From: an uncultured Flavobacteriaceae bacterium
GTDB lineage: Bacteria; Bacteroidota; Bacteroidia; AKYH767-A; OLB10
Length of the DNA stretch: 64,000 bases
Assembly (NCBI GenBank): GCA_964432885.1
Contig: CAYSPG010000012.1
Span: forward strand, 25,220-89,219
Reading direction: 5' to 3'
Shown: in pieces, positions 20,938 to 30,415 of the stretch
How positions within the stretch are numbered: position 1 is the first letter of the stretch
How the letters are laid out: each line of letters starts with the position of its first letter
Notes under the pieces: model-generated
What the model saw: only the letters and a program-made list of their open reading frames with translations
The model's database searches: none
What the model was told of the DNA's origin: nothing
Program-made: the position numbers and the translations under genes

Positions 20938-21141
20938 AGTTTCCTGACCGTAAGTCTTTATCCTTATACGTAAGCTGATTAATAAGTTACGTGCAAAACA
21001 AACAAAAATTGTGGTTGTTAAATATCTCTGACAAAGATATTGGAATAAATATTTAATATCAAACAAAATAAAATTCAATATTACAAGTTATATACACTGT
21101 TATTTGCACTAAAAACTAAATTTGACCTTTTATTTTTAATC

Positions 21142-24100
21142 ATGAAAAAAATAATTTCCTACTTAGCAATCCTGTTTTTTACCTCTGTAACATGCTTGGC
21201 TCAACAAAACCGTAATGCAATTACATCCATTAACTGGACGGAACCAATAACTGTTTTTAACAATCAAAAACTACATTTCACAGGTTCTTTTTACAAAAGT
21301 AACGATGGATTGCCCTGGTTTTCGTCAAGCATAGATATTCCTGATGACGGATTTAATTACTCTGTAAAAATCACAAACCCTGGTTTTTCACCATTATCTG
21401 AGTCTAATCTTATAAGCGATAATTCTTACCTTGAACCCTACATTAAAGTAACCTCTCAAATTTCATATCATAAAAAACAGGCTTCCCTATATTATGAATT
21501 TGTGCCGCTTATAAAAAACACAACAACAGGCCTTATTGAAAAGCTTGTTTCATATAAAATAGAATTGGTAAAGGAAAATGATAGGCGCAAAGCTAATGCA
21601 GCAAGGGTTTATGCTACTTCCTCTGTTTTATCAGCAGGCGATTGGTATAAGATTGGTGTTACCACTGAGGGCTTATATAAAATGACCTATGCCTTTTTAA
21701 AGTTTTATTTAAAAATGGATATTGATAACAGTTCGCCTGCCGATTTTAGATTATTTGGTAACGGTGGAGGAATGGTTCCGCAACTTAATTCGATTAGCAG
21801 AATTGATGATTTGGCAGAAAATGCAATTTATGTGTATGATGGAGGAGTTCTAGGAAAATTTGATTCGCCTGACTATGTTTTATTTTATGGCCAATCGCCA
21901 ACCAAGTGGGCCTTTAATGCTAACAGCTTAAAATATAAACATACAAACCACTTGTATTGCGACACTACGTTTTACTTTGCTACCGTTAGCCCCGTTGGAA
22001 GCGGTTTACCAAAACGAATAGCACAAAAAGCTTCTCTCTCCCAATCACCCACTTTTAATGTTAATACATTTGATGATTACCGGTTTCATGAACTTGATTT
22101 AAGAAACTTTGTAAAATCAGGTCGCGAGTTTTATGGCGAGTCGTTTGATATAACTCCAACTCAAACTTTTTCTTTTTCGTTTCCTAATATTACAACCGAC
22201 TCTGTTTATATTGTTTCTGCATTTGCTTCGCACTCGCCTGGTGTTACCAGCAACCTTAACGTTACTGCAAACGGACAAGCCTTGTATTCCGAATCCTTTT
22301 ACACAGGCCCTGCCTACAATGATGATTTTGCTGTTGAAAAAATTAAATCGCTGGCTATTTATCCGTCATCAAGCAACATAGATATTTCTTACTCATTTAA
22401 TGCTGCTTCAACCGTTTCGTCAGGCTTTTTAAACTATATTGAAATTAATGCAAGAAGAAATTTAATCTGGAATCAAAGTCAGGGAAGTGACCAATTCTTT
22501 TTTCGCGATTCAAAGTCTATTGGTTCAGGCAACATTGTTCAGTTTAATTTGTCTTCTCCCCCATCCAATCTTAAAATATGGAATATTACTGACCCAACAA
22601 ATGTTTATGAACAACTTAACAATGGACAAAGCGGAGTTTTTGTTGCCAATGCCGATAGCTTAAATCAATACGTTGCATTTAGCGGAAGCAATTATTTTAC
22701 ACCTTCCATATCAGGAAAAATCAGCAATCAAAATTTACATGCGCTATCACAGGTTGATATGCTCATTATTACGCATCCATTATTTGAAACGCAAGCAAAC
22801 AGGCTTGCTGATTTTCATCGCTCACACGACAATCTTTCTGTTCATGTTGTAAATGCACCTTTAATCTATAATGAGTATTCGTCAGGTGCTGTTGATGTAA
22901 GCGGGATAAGAGATTTTGTAAAAATGTTTTATGATCGGGCGCAATCACCTCAGCAATTGCCCAAATATCTTTTGATGTTTGGCGATGGATCGTACGATAA
23001 TAAATTTCGCAGGTCAAACAATACCAATTTTTTACCTGTATATGAATCGGCCAATTCGGTTTCATGGATTCAATCGTATGTTACTGATGACTTTTATGCA
23101 TTGATGGATGATAACGAAGGCAACTGCGAAAACAGTGAAAAAATTGACATTGGAGTTGGCAGGTTGGTAGTGCAAAATAACCAGGAAGCCAAAACTGTTG
23201 TTGACAAAATCATCTCTTATTCATTGCCCACCTCATCAACCGGCACGCTTTGTTCGGCTGATAATTCGAGCCTGGGCGACTGGCGAAATGTGCTTTGCTT
23301 TATTGCCGATGACGAAGACAATAATTTACATCTTAATCAATCAGACAGATTAGCTGACTATATGTTTAATGCAAACCGCAGTTATAATATTGATAAAATT
23401 TACATTGATGCTTTTAAACAGGTGGTTACCCCTGCAGGTCAAACCTATCCTGATGTAAACGATGCAATAAGCAAACGAATTGCCAAAGGAGCGTTACTTG
23501 TAAACTATGTGGGCCATGGCGGAGAGGTTGGCTGGGCGCAAGAAGGAATTCTTTATAATGATATGATTAACTCATGGACAAACATTAACCGATTGCCTGT
23601 ATTTATTACAGCAACATGTGAATTCAGCCGTTGGGACGACCCGGTACGAACTTCATCGGGTGAAAAAATATTGCTTAACCCTAATGGTGGCGGAATTGCA
23701 CTTTACTCTACCACGCGGCTTGTTTATGCTTCGCAAAACGAACTTGTAGATTGCGTACTTGTACGCAACATGTTTAATCCTGACAATGCTGCCCTTCGGC
23801 TTGGCGATTTGTACGTAATTACCAAAACAAGTCCGTGGAATCTTAATCAAAACACACGCAACTTTAGCCTGCTTGGCGACCCTGCTGTAAAAATAAATTA
23901 TCCCAATCACAAAATTGAAACAACCACTATTAACTCTCACCCTGTTATTCCTCTGGCTGATACCTTAAGCGCATTAAGCAAGGTTACCATTTCAGGAATT
24001 GTAAAAGACAATAACGGGCAAAAACTTACTTCGTTTAACGGATATCTTTATCCAACCGTATATGATAAAGCTGTAAATACTTCAACACTTGGCAACGATG

Positions 24101-24987
24101 GCTCCAACCTTATCAAGTCCTTTATGCTTCAAAAAAATGTTTTATACAAAGGCAAAGCATCTGTTACCAATGGCGACTGGTCGTTTACATTTATAGTTCC
24201 TAAAGATATTTCGTACCAGTTTGGACAAGGCAAGCTTAGCTTTTATGGCGAAAACGGAGAAACCGATGCAGCCGGTTTTTATGACAGCCTTATTATTGGC
24301 GGCTCATCAAACATTGTTATTAACGATGTGGACGGCCCTCAGATTAACCTTTATATGAACGATGATAAATTTGTTTTTGGCGGAACAACAAATGATGAAC
24401 CAAGCATTTATGCAGTAGTTGTTGACTCAACTGGAATAAACACTGTTGGCAATGGTGTTGGGCACGATATTACAGCAATACTCGACAGCAAAACGCAACC
24501 AGTATATGTACTTAACGATTATTATCAGGCAGACCTTGACAGTTACACCAGTGGCAAAATTGTTTACCCCCTTTCAAAATTACCTGATGGCCGTCATTCG
24601 CTCAAAGTAAAAGTGTGGGATATATTAAATAACTCAAACGAATCGTACACCGAATTTGTGGTTGCTTCTTCTTCTTCGATGGCACTCGACCATGTACTTA
24701 ATTATCCCAATCCGTTTACCACGCACACTACATTTTCTTTTGAGCACAACAAATGTTGTCAGTATTTAGATGCACAAATTCAAATTTATACAGTATCCGG
24801 AAGGTTAATAAAAACGCTTTATAAAAACATTTATAACACCGGAACCCGCAGTGATGATTTTGAATGGGACGGTCGTGATGACTTTGGCAACAGCATTGGT
24901 AAAGGTGTTTACATTTACCGTGTAAAAATTAGTTCGCCCGATGGATTATCGGCTTCAAAAACCGAAAAACTTGTAATCCTTAAATAG
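21142..24987 (+). CDS. porU: T9SS C-terminal signal peptidase / sortase PorU (C25 gingipain-like)
   Basis: 1281 aa; signal peptide; gingipain-type peptidase region (VDMLIITHPLF...ADFHRSH...YLLMFGDGSYD); adjacent to porV as in other Bacteroidota. Confidence 0.85.
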   Translation: MKKIISYLAILFFTSVTCLAQQNRNAITSINWTEPITVFNNQKLHFTGSFYKSNDGLPWFSSSIDIPDDGFNYSVKITNPGFSPLSESNLISDNSYLEPYIKVTSQISYHKKQASLYYEFVPLIKNTTTGLIEKLVSYKIELVKENDRRKANAARVYATSSVLSAGDWYKIGVTTEGLYKMTYAFLKFYLKMDIDNSSPADFRLFGNGGGMVPQLNSISRIDDLAENAIYVYDGGVLGKFDSPDYVLFYGQSPTKWAFNANSLKYKHTNHLYCDTTFYFATVSPVGSGLPKRIAQKASLSQSPTFNVNTFDDYRFHELDLRNFVKSGREFYGESFDITPTQTFSFSFPNITTDSVYIVSAFASHSPGVTSNLNVTANGQALYSESFYTGPAYNDDFAVEKIKSLAIYPSSSNIDISYSFNAASTVSSGFLNYIEINARRNLIWNQSQGSDQFFFRDSKSIGSGNIVQFNLSSPPSNLKIWNITDPTNVYEQLNNGQSGVFVANADSLNQYVAFSGSNYFTPSISGKISNQNLHALSQVDMLIITHPLFETQANRLADFHRSHDNLSVHVVNAPLIYNEYSSGAVDVSGIRDFVKMFYDRAQSPQQLPKYLLMFGDGSYDNKFRRSNNTNFLPVYESANSVSWIQSYVTDDFYALMDDNEGNCENSEKIDIGVGRLVVQNNQEAKTVVDKIISYSLPTSSTGTLCSADNSSLGDWRNVLCFIADDEDNNLHLNQSDRLADYMFNANRSYNIDKIYIDAFKQVVTPAGQTYPDVNDAISKRIAKGALLVNYVGHGGEVGWAQEGILYNDMINSWTNINRLPVFITATCEFSRWDDPVRTSSGEKILLNPNGGGIALYSTTRLVYASQNELVDCVLVRNMFNPDNAALRLGDLYVITKTSPWNLNQNTRNFSLLGDPAVKINYPNHKIETTTINSHPVIPLADTLSALSKVTISGIVKDNNGQKLTSFNGYLYPTVYDKAVNTSTLGNDGSNLIKSFMLQKNVLYKGKASVTNGDWSFTFIVPKDISYQFGQGKLSFYGENGETDAAGFYDSLIIGGSSNIVINDVDGPQINLYMNDDKFVFGGTTNDEPSIYAVVVDSTGINTVGNGVGHDITAILDSKTQPVYVLNDYYQADLDSYTSGKIVYPLSKLPDGRHSLKVKVWDILNNSNESYTEFVVASSSSMALDHVLNYPNPFTTHTTFSFEHNKCCQYLDAQIQIYTVSGRLIKTLYKNIYNTGTRSDDFEWDGRDDFGNSIGKGVYIYRVKISSPDGLSASKTEKLVILK

Positions 24988-25089
24988 CAACCTTTTTTTA
25001 TTTATATCGTTATATTTGTCGGCTCTTATTCCGCATTAACAATAAAAAGAACCAACTTACGTTTTAGCACTTTCTAAACTTACATTTTA

Positions 25090-26310
25090 ATGAAAAATAA
25101 AATTTCAAAAGCAATTGTTTTTTCGCTTGCGTTAATCATTGCTGTTTCGCCTAAGGCATTTTCGCAGCAAAGCACGGATAAAAGCAACTTGCTTGGCCAG
25201 ATAAATACAATTACTACGGCTGTTCCATTTTTAATGATTTCGCCTGACGCACGTGCCGGTGGCATGGGCGATGCAGGAGTTGCTTCATCTGCCGATGCTA
25301 ACAGCATTCATTGGAATCCATCAAAACTTGCTTTTGTTGACAAAAGTTTTGGTGTAGGAATATCTTACACCCCCTGGCTCAGAAAATTAGTTCCTGATAT
25401 TAATCTTGCTTATGTAGGCGGATATTATAAATTAAAAGGAGGTCAGCAAACACTTGGCGCTTCGTTGCGTTATTTTTCATTGGGTAATATTCAGTTTACC
25501 AATGAATCGGGCGATAACATTGGCGAGTACAACCCAAACGAATATTCATTTGATGTTGCCTATGCGCGTAAGTTGGGCGAAGATTTTGCGGGTGGTATTG
25601 CTCTGCGATACATCCACTCAAACCTAACTGGTGGAATTGGTGTTGGCGGCAACACAACCAAGGCAGGCAACTCAGTGGCTGCCGATATTTCAGTTATGTA
25701 TAAAAAAGAAATTGAACTTGGTGGCAAAGATGCCGACTTTGGTTTAGGCTTAGCAATTACAAACATTGGTTCTAAAATTACTTACTCTGAATCGGGTACC
25801 AAAGATTTTATCCCAATTAATTTACGACTTGGTCCATCGTTAAAAATTAAACTTAACGACTATAACGAACTTACTATTATAGCCGACATCAACAAACTTC
25901 TTGTACCTACTCCTCCTTATTATTCTGATTCGATTGAAGATGGTGAACAATTAATATTAGCCGGAAAAGATCCGGATGTGGGTGTAGCACAAGGAATATT
26001 TCAATCGTTTGGCGATGCACCGGGTGGTGGTAAAGAAGAGTTGCGCGAAATAAATTATTGTGGTGGATTGGAATATTGGTACGACAAACAATTTGCTTTT
26101 CGTGCCGGTTATTTTTACGAACACAAAACAAAAGGGAACCGTAAGTATTTTACACTGGGCATAGGCGCACGTTTTAATGTATTTGGATTAGATGTTGCAT
26201 ACCTTATCCCTACAGAACAGCGCAACCCGTTAGAAAATACTTTGCGCATTTCATTGTCCTTTAACTTCGACTCGCTTAAAGGCGGTGGAGACAGCAACAA
26301 CGATGAATAA
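25090..26310 (+). CDS. porV: T9SS outer-membrane shuttle/porin PorV (LptO)
   Basis: 406 aa; signal peptide; conserved N-terminus TAVPFLMISPDARAGGMGDAGVA; FadL-like beta-barrel. Confidence 0.85.
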   Translation: MKNKISKAIVFSLALIIAVSPKAFSQQSTDKSNLLGQINTITTAVPFLMISPDARAGGMGDAGVASSADANSIHWNPSKLAFVDKSFGVGISYTPWLRKLVPDINLAYVGGYYKLKGGQQTLGASLRYFSLGNIQFTNESGDNIGEYNPNEYSFDVAYARKLGEDFAGGIALRYIHSNLTGGIGVGGNTTKAGNSVAADISVMYKKEIELGGKDADFGLGLAITNIGSKITYSESGTKDFIPINLRLGPSLKIKLNDYNELTIIADINKLLVPTPPYYSDSIEDGEQLILAGKDPDVGVAQGIFQSFGDAPGGGKEELREINYCGGLEYWYDKQFAFRAGYFYEHKTKGNRKYFTLGIGARFNVFGLDVAYLIPTEQRNPLENTLRISLSFNFDSLKGGGDSNNDE

Positions 26311-26322
26311 TTTTTTCAGCGT

Positions 26323-26802
26323 TTGAAATTTCGTATCGGTTTTGGTTTTGATGTGCACCAGCTACATGCTGGTATTCCGTTTTTTTTGGGGGGGATAAAA
26401 ATTGATCATTCTAAAGGAGCCAAGGGCCACTCGGATGCCGATGTAATTATACATGCCATGTGTGATGCTCTTTTAGGAGCCGCAAATCTGGGTGATATCG
26501 GAAAACATTTTCCTGATACATCAGAAAAATTTAAAGGCATTGATTCTAAAATATTACTGTCCGAAGTAAACAAATTGCTCAGGTCAAATAATTTTTCAAT
26601 TGGCAATATTGATATAACGCTGGTTTTAGAAAAACCCAAAATCAAAGACTACATTGCCCAAATGCAAACTACACTTGCCAGCGTGCTGCAAGTTTCAGCA
26701 GACGATATTTCGATAAAAGCAACCACCAATGAAAAAATGGGATTTATTGGCCGCGAAGAAGGTGTGGCCGCTTATGCGGTAGCGTTGGTTTTCAAAAATT
26801 AA
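26323..26802 (+). CDS. ispF: 2-C-methyl-D-erythritol 2,4-cyclodiphosphate synthase
   Basis: FRIGFGFDVHQL...GHSDADV...H metal-binding motifs. Confidence 0.9.
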   Translation: MKFRIGFGFDVHQLHAGIPFFLGGIKIDHSKGAKGHSDADVIIHAMCDALLGAANLGDIGKHFPDTSEKFKGIDSKILLSEVNKLLRSNNFSIGNIDITLVLEKPKIKDYIAQMQTTLASVLQVSADDISIKATTNEKMGFIGREEGVAAYAVALVFKN

Positions 26803-26824
26803 ATGCGTTTTTTCTGAATATTAA

Positions 26825-27217
26825 TTAAAACATTTCGTCAAAATCTTTTGCCTGGTAGGTAAAGTTACGCTCGGTATAATAGGTGCTACCACTTGATTTT
26901 TTTAATTGCAGGGAATCTGTTTTTTTAAACACCTTGCTAATCAGCGAAAGCGGAAAAAGAAACAAATAAAAAATTGCCCCTAGCAACACTTTTGACATAA
27001 TGCCCCCCATAATGTGCGCAATTTTCATCCACAACCAGTGTATTTTTTCTGACAGGTAATTTGAGAATAATCCTATTGCACAAATAAGTATTGATACAGG
27101 CACAAGCCATTCTGTTCCGTTTAAAGGGGAAAAATTTTTACGCTGTGTAAAATAAAATATTACCAACAGGCCAAGTGTTATGGCCACTATTGTTTCAAGA
27201 ACTTTGTTTCGTTGCAT
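26825..27217 (-). CDS. SxtJ-like small membrane protein
   Basis: 130 aa with 3-4 TM helices, last gene of a carbamoyltransferase operon. The family call is from architecture and context. Confidence 0.55.
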   Translation of the reverse strand: MQRNKVLETIVAITLGLLVIFYFTQRKNFSPLNGTEWLVPVSILICAIGLFSNYLSEKIHWLWMKIAHIMGGIMSKVLLGAIFYLFLFPLSLISKVFKKTDSLQLKKSSGSTYYTERNFTYQAKDFDEMF

Positions 27218-27299
27218 AAAAAATGGTTTACAGTTAATGATTTATATAAGCAAAGTATAAGCCTGCATTTTGCACTTGCAAGTTTATACAATGGATATA

Positions 27300-27449
27300 T
27301 TAAAACAATGTATAAATAAATGGCGCTAAAGCAGAGCCTCCGCCAACAACAAGCAGTATGCCAAGCAATAACAAAACAATAATTAGTGGAGCAAGCCAGA
27401 ATTTTTTTCGCTGGCCCATAAATTTTAGCAGGTCTTTTAAAAAATCCAT
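27300..27449 (-). CDS. Small (49 aa) single-TM protein, DUF5989 / SxtK-like; below the size cutoff of the ORF track
   Basis: MDFLKDLLKFMGQRKKFWLAPLIIVLLLLGILLVVGGGSALAPFIYTLF, read from ATG at 27449; lies between the carbamoyltransferase and the SxtJ-like gene. Confidence 0.5.
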   Translation of the reverse strand: MDFLKDLLKFMGQRKKFWLAPLIIVLLLLGILLVVGGGSALAPFIYTLF

Positions 27450-27502
27450 TTTTGATTTATTGAGTTTATGAAACCCCGGTTTTTATCGGGAATATTTATT
27501 GT

Positions 27503-29365
27503 TTAATCAAGTACAAATTCCTTTTTCCAATCGCCCACATCTTTAAACTCGGGCTGGTCGGTTTTAGCAAACAAGTAATTATTTACAACCAAATAATCCA
27601 TTTCAGTTCGCATAAAGCACCGGTACGAATCTTCGGGAGTGCACACTATTGGCTCGCCACGAACATTAAAGCTTGTATTTACCACAACACCATAGCCTGT
27701 AAGTTTTTTAAACTCATTAATCAATGTCCAGTATTTGGGATTGGTTTCTTTATGTACGGTTTGTATGCGTGCGCTAAAATCCAAATGCGTAATGCTTTGC
27801 ATATCGCTTCGCGGTGTGTAAAGTCTTTCCATCAATGGCAAATCAAAATAATTTGCTGGCAATGGCTTTTGTCTTTCCTTCTTCACATCGGCAACTATAA
27901 GCATGTAAGGCGATGTGGCATCATGGTCAAATAAATTTGAACATTCTTCGGCCATAACCGAAGGGGCAAATGGTCTGAAACTTTCGCGGTACTTAATTTT
28001 AAGATTTAATTTTTTTTGCATTTCGGTGTTGCGTGCATCACCCAATATGCTTCGCCCGCCAAGTGCTCGTGGACCAAATTCCATACGGCCCTGATGCCAG
28101 CCAATTACATTTCCATCGGCAATTAGTTTAGCAACCTTTGCTGCAAGTTCATCAAAATTTTGGTAATAATTGTAAACAGCTTTCTTTTTTCGTGCCATCA
28201 GTTCCACTTCCATATCGCTGTTTTCTGGCCCCAAATAAGAGCCACTCATTTCGTCCATTGCCCCACTCAATTTTCTTTCGTTACCAAAATAAATATAGTG
28301 TGCAGCTTGTGCAGCTCCCAAGGCGCCACCGGCATCACCTGCAGCAGGTTGAATAAAAATGTTTTTGAATATTTTTTTCCGATATAACTTTCCGTTTGCA
28401 ACACAATTTAGTGCAACACCACCTGCCATGCACAAATTATCACTACCCGTTAACCGCTTAGCCTCTTCGGCCATTTTATAAACCACATCTTCGGTAACCA
28501 TTTGTATGGCCAATCCTAAATCGCAATGCTGCTGTTCAAGATTTGATTCGCCTTCGCGAACAGCAAAGCCAAATAACTCCTTCCACTTGCTATCATTGGC
28601 CATGCGCAAGCCGGCAGCGTAATTAAAATATTCCTGATTAAGCCAAATTGAGCCATCGGCTTTTATATCAATAAGCTTATTGCAAATTATATCGTAATAC
28701 TTTTTTACATTCTCTGAGTTGGGATTTCCATAAGGTGCAAGTCCCATAAGTTTGTATTCGCCTGAGTTAACTTTAAAACCAAGATAATAGGTAAATGCTG
28801 AATAAAGCAATCCAAGAGAATGTGGAAAATGCAACTCTTTTATATTGGTAATTTTATTGCCTTTGCCATGACAAATACTTGCTGTTGCCCACTCCCCTAC
28901 TCCATCAATTGTAAGTATAGCAGCTTCCTGGTAAGGCGATGGGTAAAAAGCACTGGCGGCATGAGAAAGGTGGTGTTCAGGAAATAAAAGTTTTAATTTT
29001 TTTCCATCGTATTTTGAAATCTTTTCCAGTTCCTCCCTAATCAATCGTTTCAAAAACATTTTTTCCTTTAACCAAACAGGTATGGCCATTGAAAAGGATT
29101 GTATTCCCTTAGGGGCAAAGCCATAATAAGTTTCAAGCAACCGCTCAAATTTTAAAAGTGGCTTGTCATAAAAAACCACCGCATCTAACTCATCAATGGT
29201 AAGGCCAGCAAAATCAAGGCAATACTTGGTTGCACTGGCAGGAAAACCCGGGTCATGTTTTTTACGTGTAAACCGCTCTTCCTGTGCTGCCGCAATAATT
29301 TTTCCGTCTTGTAAAACTGCCGCTGCCGAATCGTGATAAAATGCTGATATGCCAAGTATATTCAA
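27503..29365 (-). CDS. Carbamoyltransferase (NodU/CmcH/SxtI family)
   Basis: 620 aa; N-terminal MNILGISAFYHDSAAAVL (Kae1/YgjD-like fold) plus a C-terminal carbamoyltransferase domain. Confidence 0.9.
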   Translation of the reverse strand: MNILGISAFYHDSAAAVLQDGKIIAAAQEERFTRKKHDPGFPASATKYCLDFAGLTIDELDAVVFYDKPLLKFERLLETYYGFAPKGIQSFSMAIPVWLKEKMFLKRLIREELEKISKYDGKKLKLLFPEHHLSHAASAFYPSPYQEAAILTIDGVGEWATASICHGKGNKITNIKELHFPHSLGLLYSAFTYYLGFKVNSGEYKLMGLAPYGNPNSENVKKYYDIICNKLIDIKADGSIWLNQEYFNYAAGLRMANDSKWKELFGFAVREGESNLEQQHCDLGLAIQMVTEDVVYKMAEEAKRLTGSDNLCMAGGVALNCVANGKLYRKKIFKNIFIQPAAGDAGGALGAAQAAHYIYFGNERKLSGAMDEMSGSYLGPENSDMEVELMARKKKAVYNYYQNFDELAAKVAKLIADGNVIGWHQGRMEFGPRALGGRSILGDARNTEMQKKLNLKIKYRESFRPFAPSVMAEECSNLFDHDATSPYMLIVADVKKERQKPLPANYFDLPLMERLYTPRSDMQSITHLDFSARIQTVHKETNPKYWTLINEFKKLTGYGVVVNTSFNVRGEPIVCTPEDSYRCFMRTEMDYLVVNNYLFAKTDQPEFKDVGDWKKEFVLD

Positions 29366-29524
29366 AGCTTATTTTATTTAAAAGTCGGCCAAAAGTAAGG
29401 AAATTGAAGATGTAAAAAGTCTGTTTGCTGTTTTCGGTTTTCGGTTTTAAATGCAAATCCAAACATTCTTCTTTGACCATATTATACTGGAGCTAATCTG
29501 TAATTTATTTAATGCCTCCATTAA

Positions 29525-30415
29525 CTATTTGGCCTTGGGTTTATAATTGATAAGATAAATGCCCGCAATAATTACCATCAGTGCAAAAAGATAAAACAGA
29601 TTAAACGTTTCGCCATCATGCAAACCCCACAGCACTGCAACAAACGGAATAAGATATGTAACCGAAGAAGCATACAATGCCGAAGACACTTTTATAAGCT
29701 GGTTAAAAATTACGGTTGACAATGCCGTGCCAAACACAGCCAGTATAATCACACAAACAAACGATGGAATAGCACCATCAACTGTTGACAGGCGTTGCAC
29801 AAAGTCGGTGGTAAATAAATAAATGCCCGAAGGAATACCCACGGCCACTAGCACTGCTCCCGAAAGCAAAATAGAATCAATTGTATTTAATTTGTTGCGC
29901 AAAATATTTACACTGCATGCGTAACAAATGGTGGCTATCAAAACATAAATGCCTTTCCACGGCTCGGCACTTTTTTCATCATCGGCACTCAGGTAAATTA
30001 AAAACGCGGCACCTGCCAATCCAAGAAACACACCGGCCACCTGTCTTGTTTTAAACTGTGTTTTAAAAAAAATAAAGCCTACCACAAGTGTAAATACTGA
30101 TGTAAGAGAGTTTAACATGCCCGCCATGCTGCTGCTAATTCCTGTTTCGGCATGGGTAAAAAGATAAGCCGGAATTCCATTGCCTAGCATACCTGCCCAA
30201 AAAACATATTTGTATTTTTCTTTTGGTATGGATTTTAATTTTGAAAACACAAACGGAAACAACACAATAAATGAGACAAGCATACGCAAAGCAGCTACCT
30301 GGTTGGGAGAAAAAACTTCAATACCGCGCTTCATCAGTATAAATGAACTGCCCCATATAACTGCAAGCAATGCAAGATAAATCCATTTTAAAATTCTATT
30401 TTTTGCGATGGCCAT
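29525..30415 (-). CDS. DMT-superfamily (EamA) transporter
   Basis: 10 TM helices in two EamA repeats; start taken at MAIAKNR to avoid a 120-nt overlap with the helicase gene. Confidence 0.8.
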   Translation of the reverse strand: MAIAKNRILKWIYLALLAVIWGSSFILMKRGIEVFSPNQVAALRMLVSFIVLFPFVFSKLKSIPKEKYKYVFWAGMLGNGIPAYLFTHAETGISSSMAGMLNSLTSVFTLVVGFIFFKTQFKTRQVAGVFLGLAGAAFLIYLSADDEKSAEPWKGIYVLIATICYACSVNILRNKLNTIDSILLSGAVLVAVGIPSGIYLFTTDFVQRLSTVDGAIPSFVCVIILAVFGTALSTVIFNQLIKVSSALYASSVTYLIPFVAVLWGLHDGETFNLFYLFALMVIIAGIYLINYKPKAK

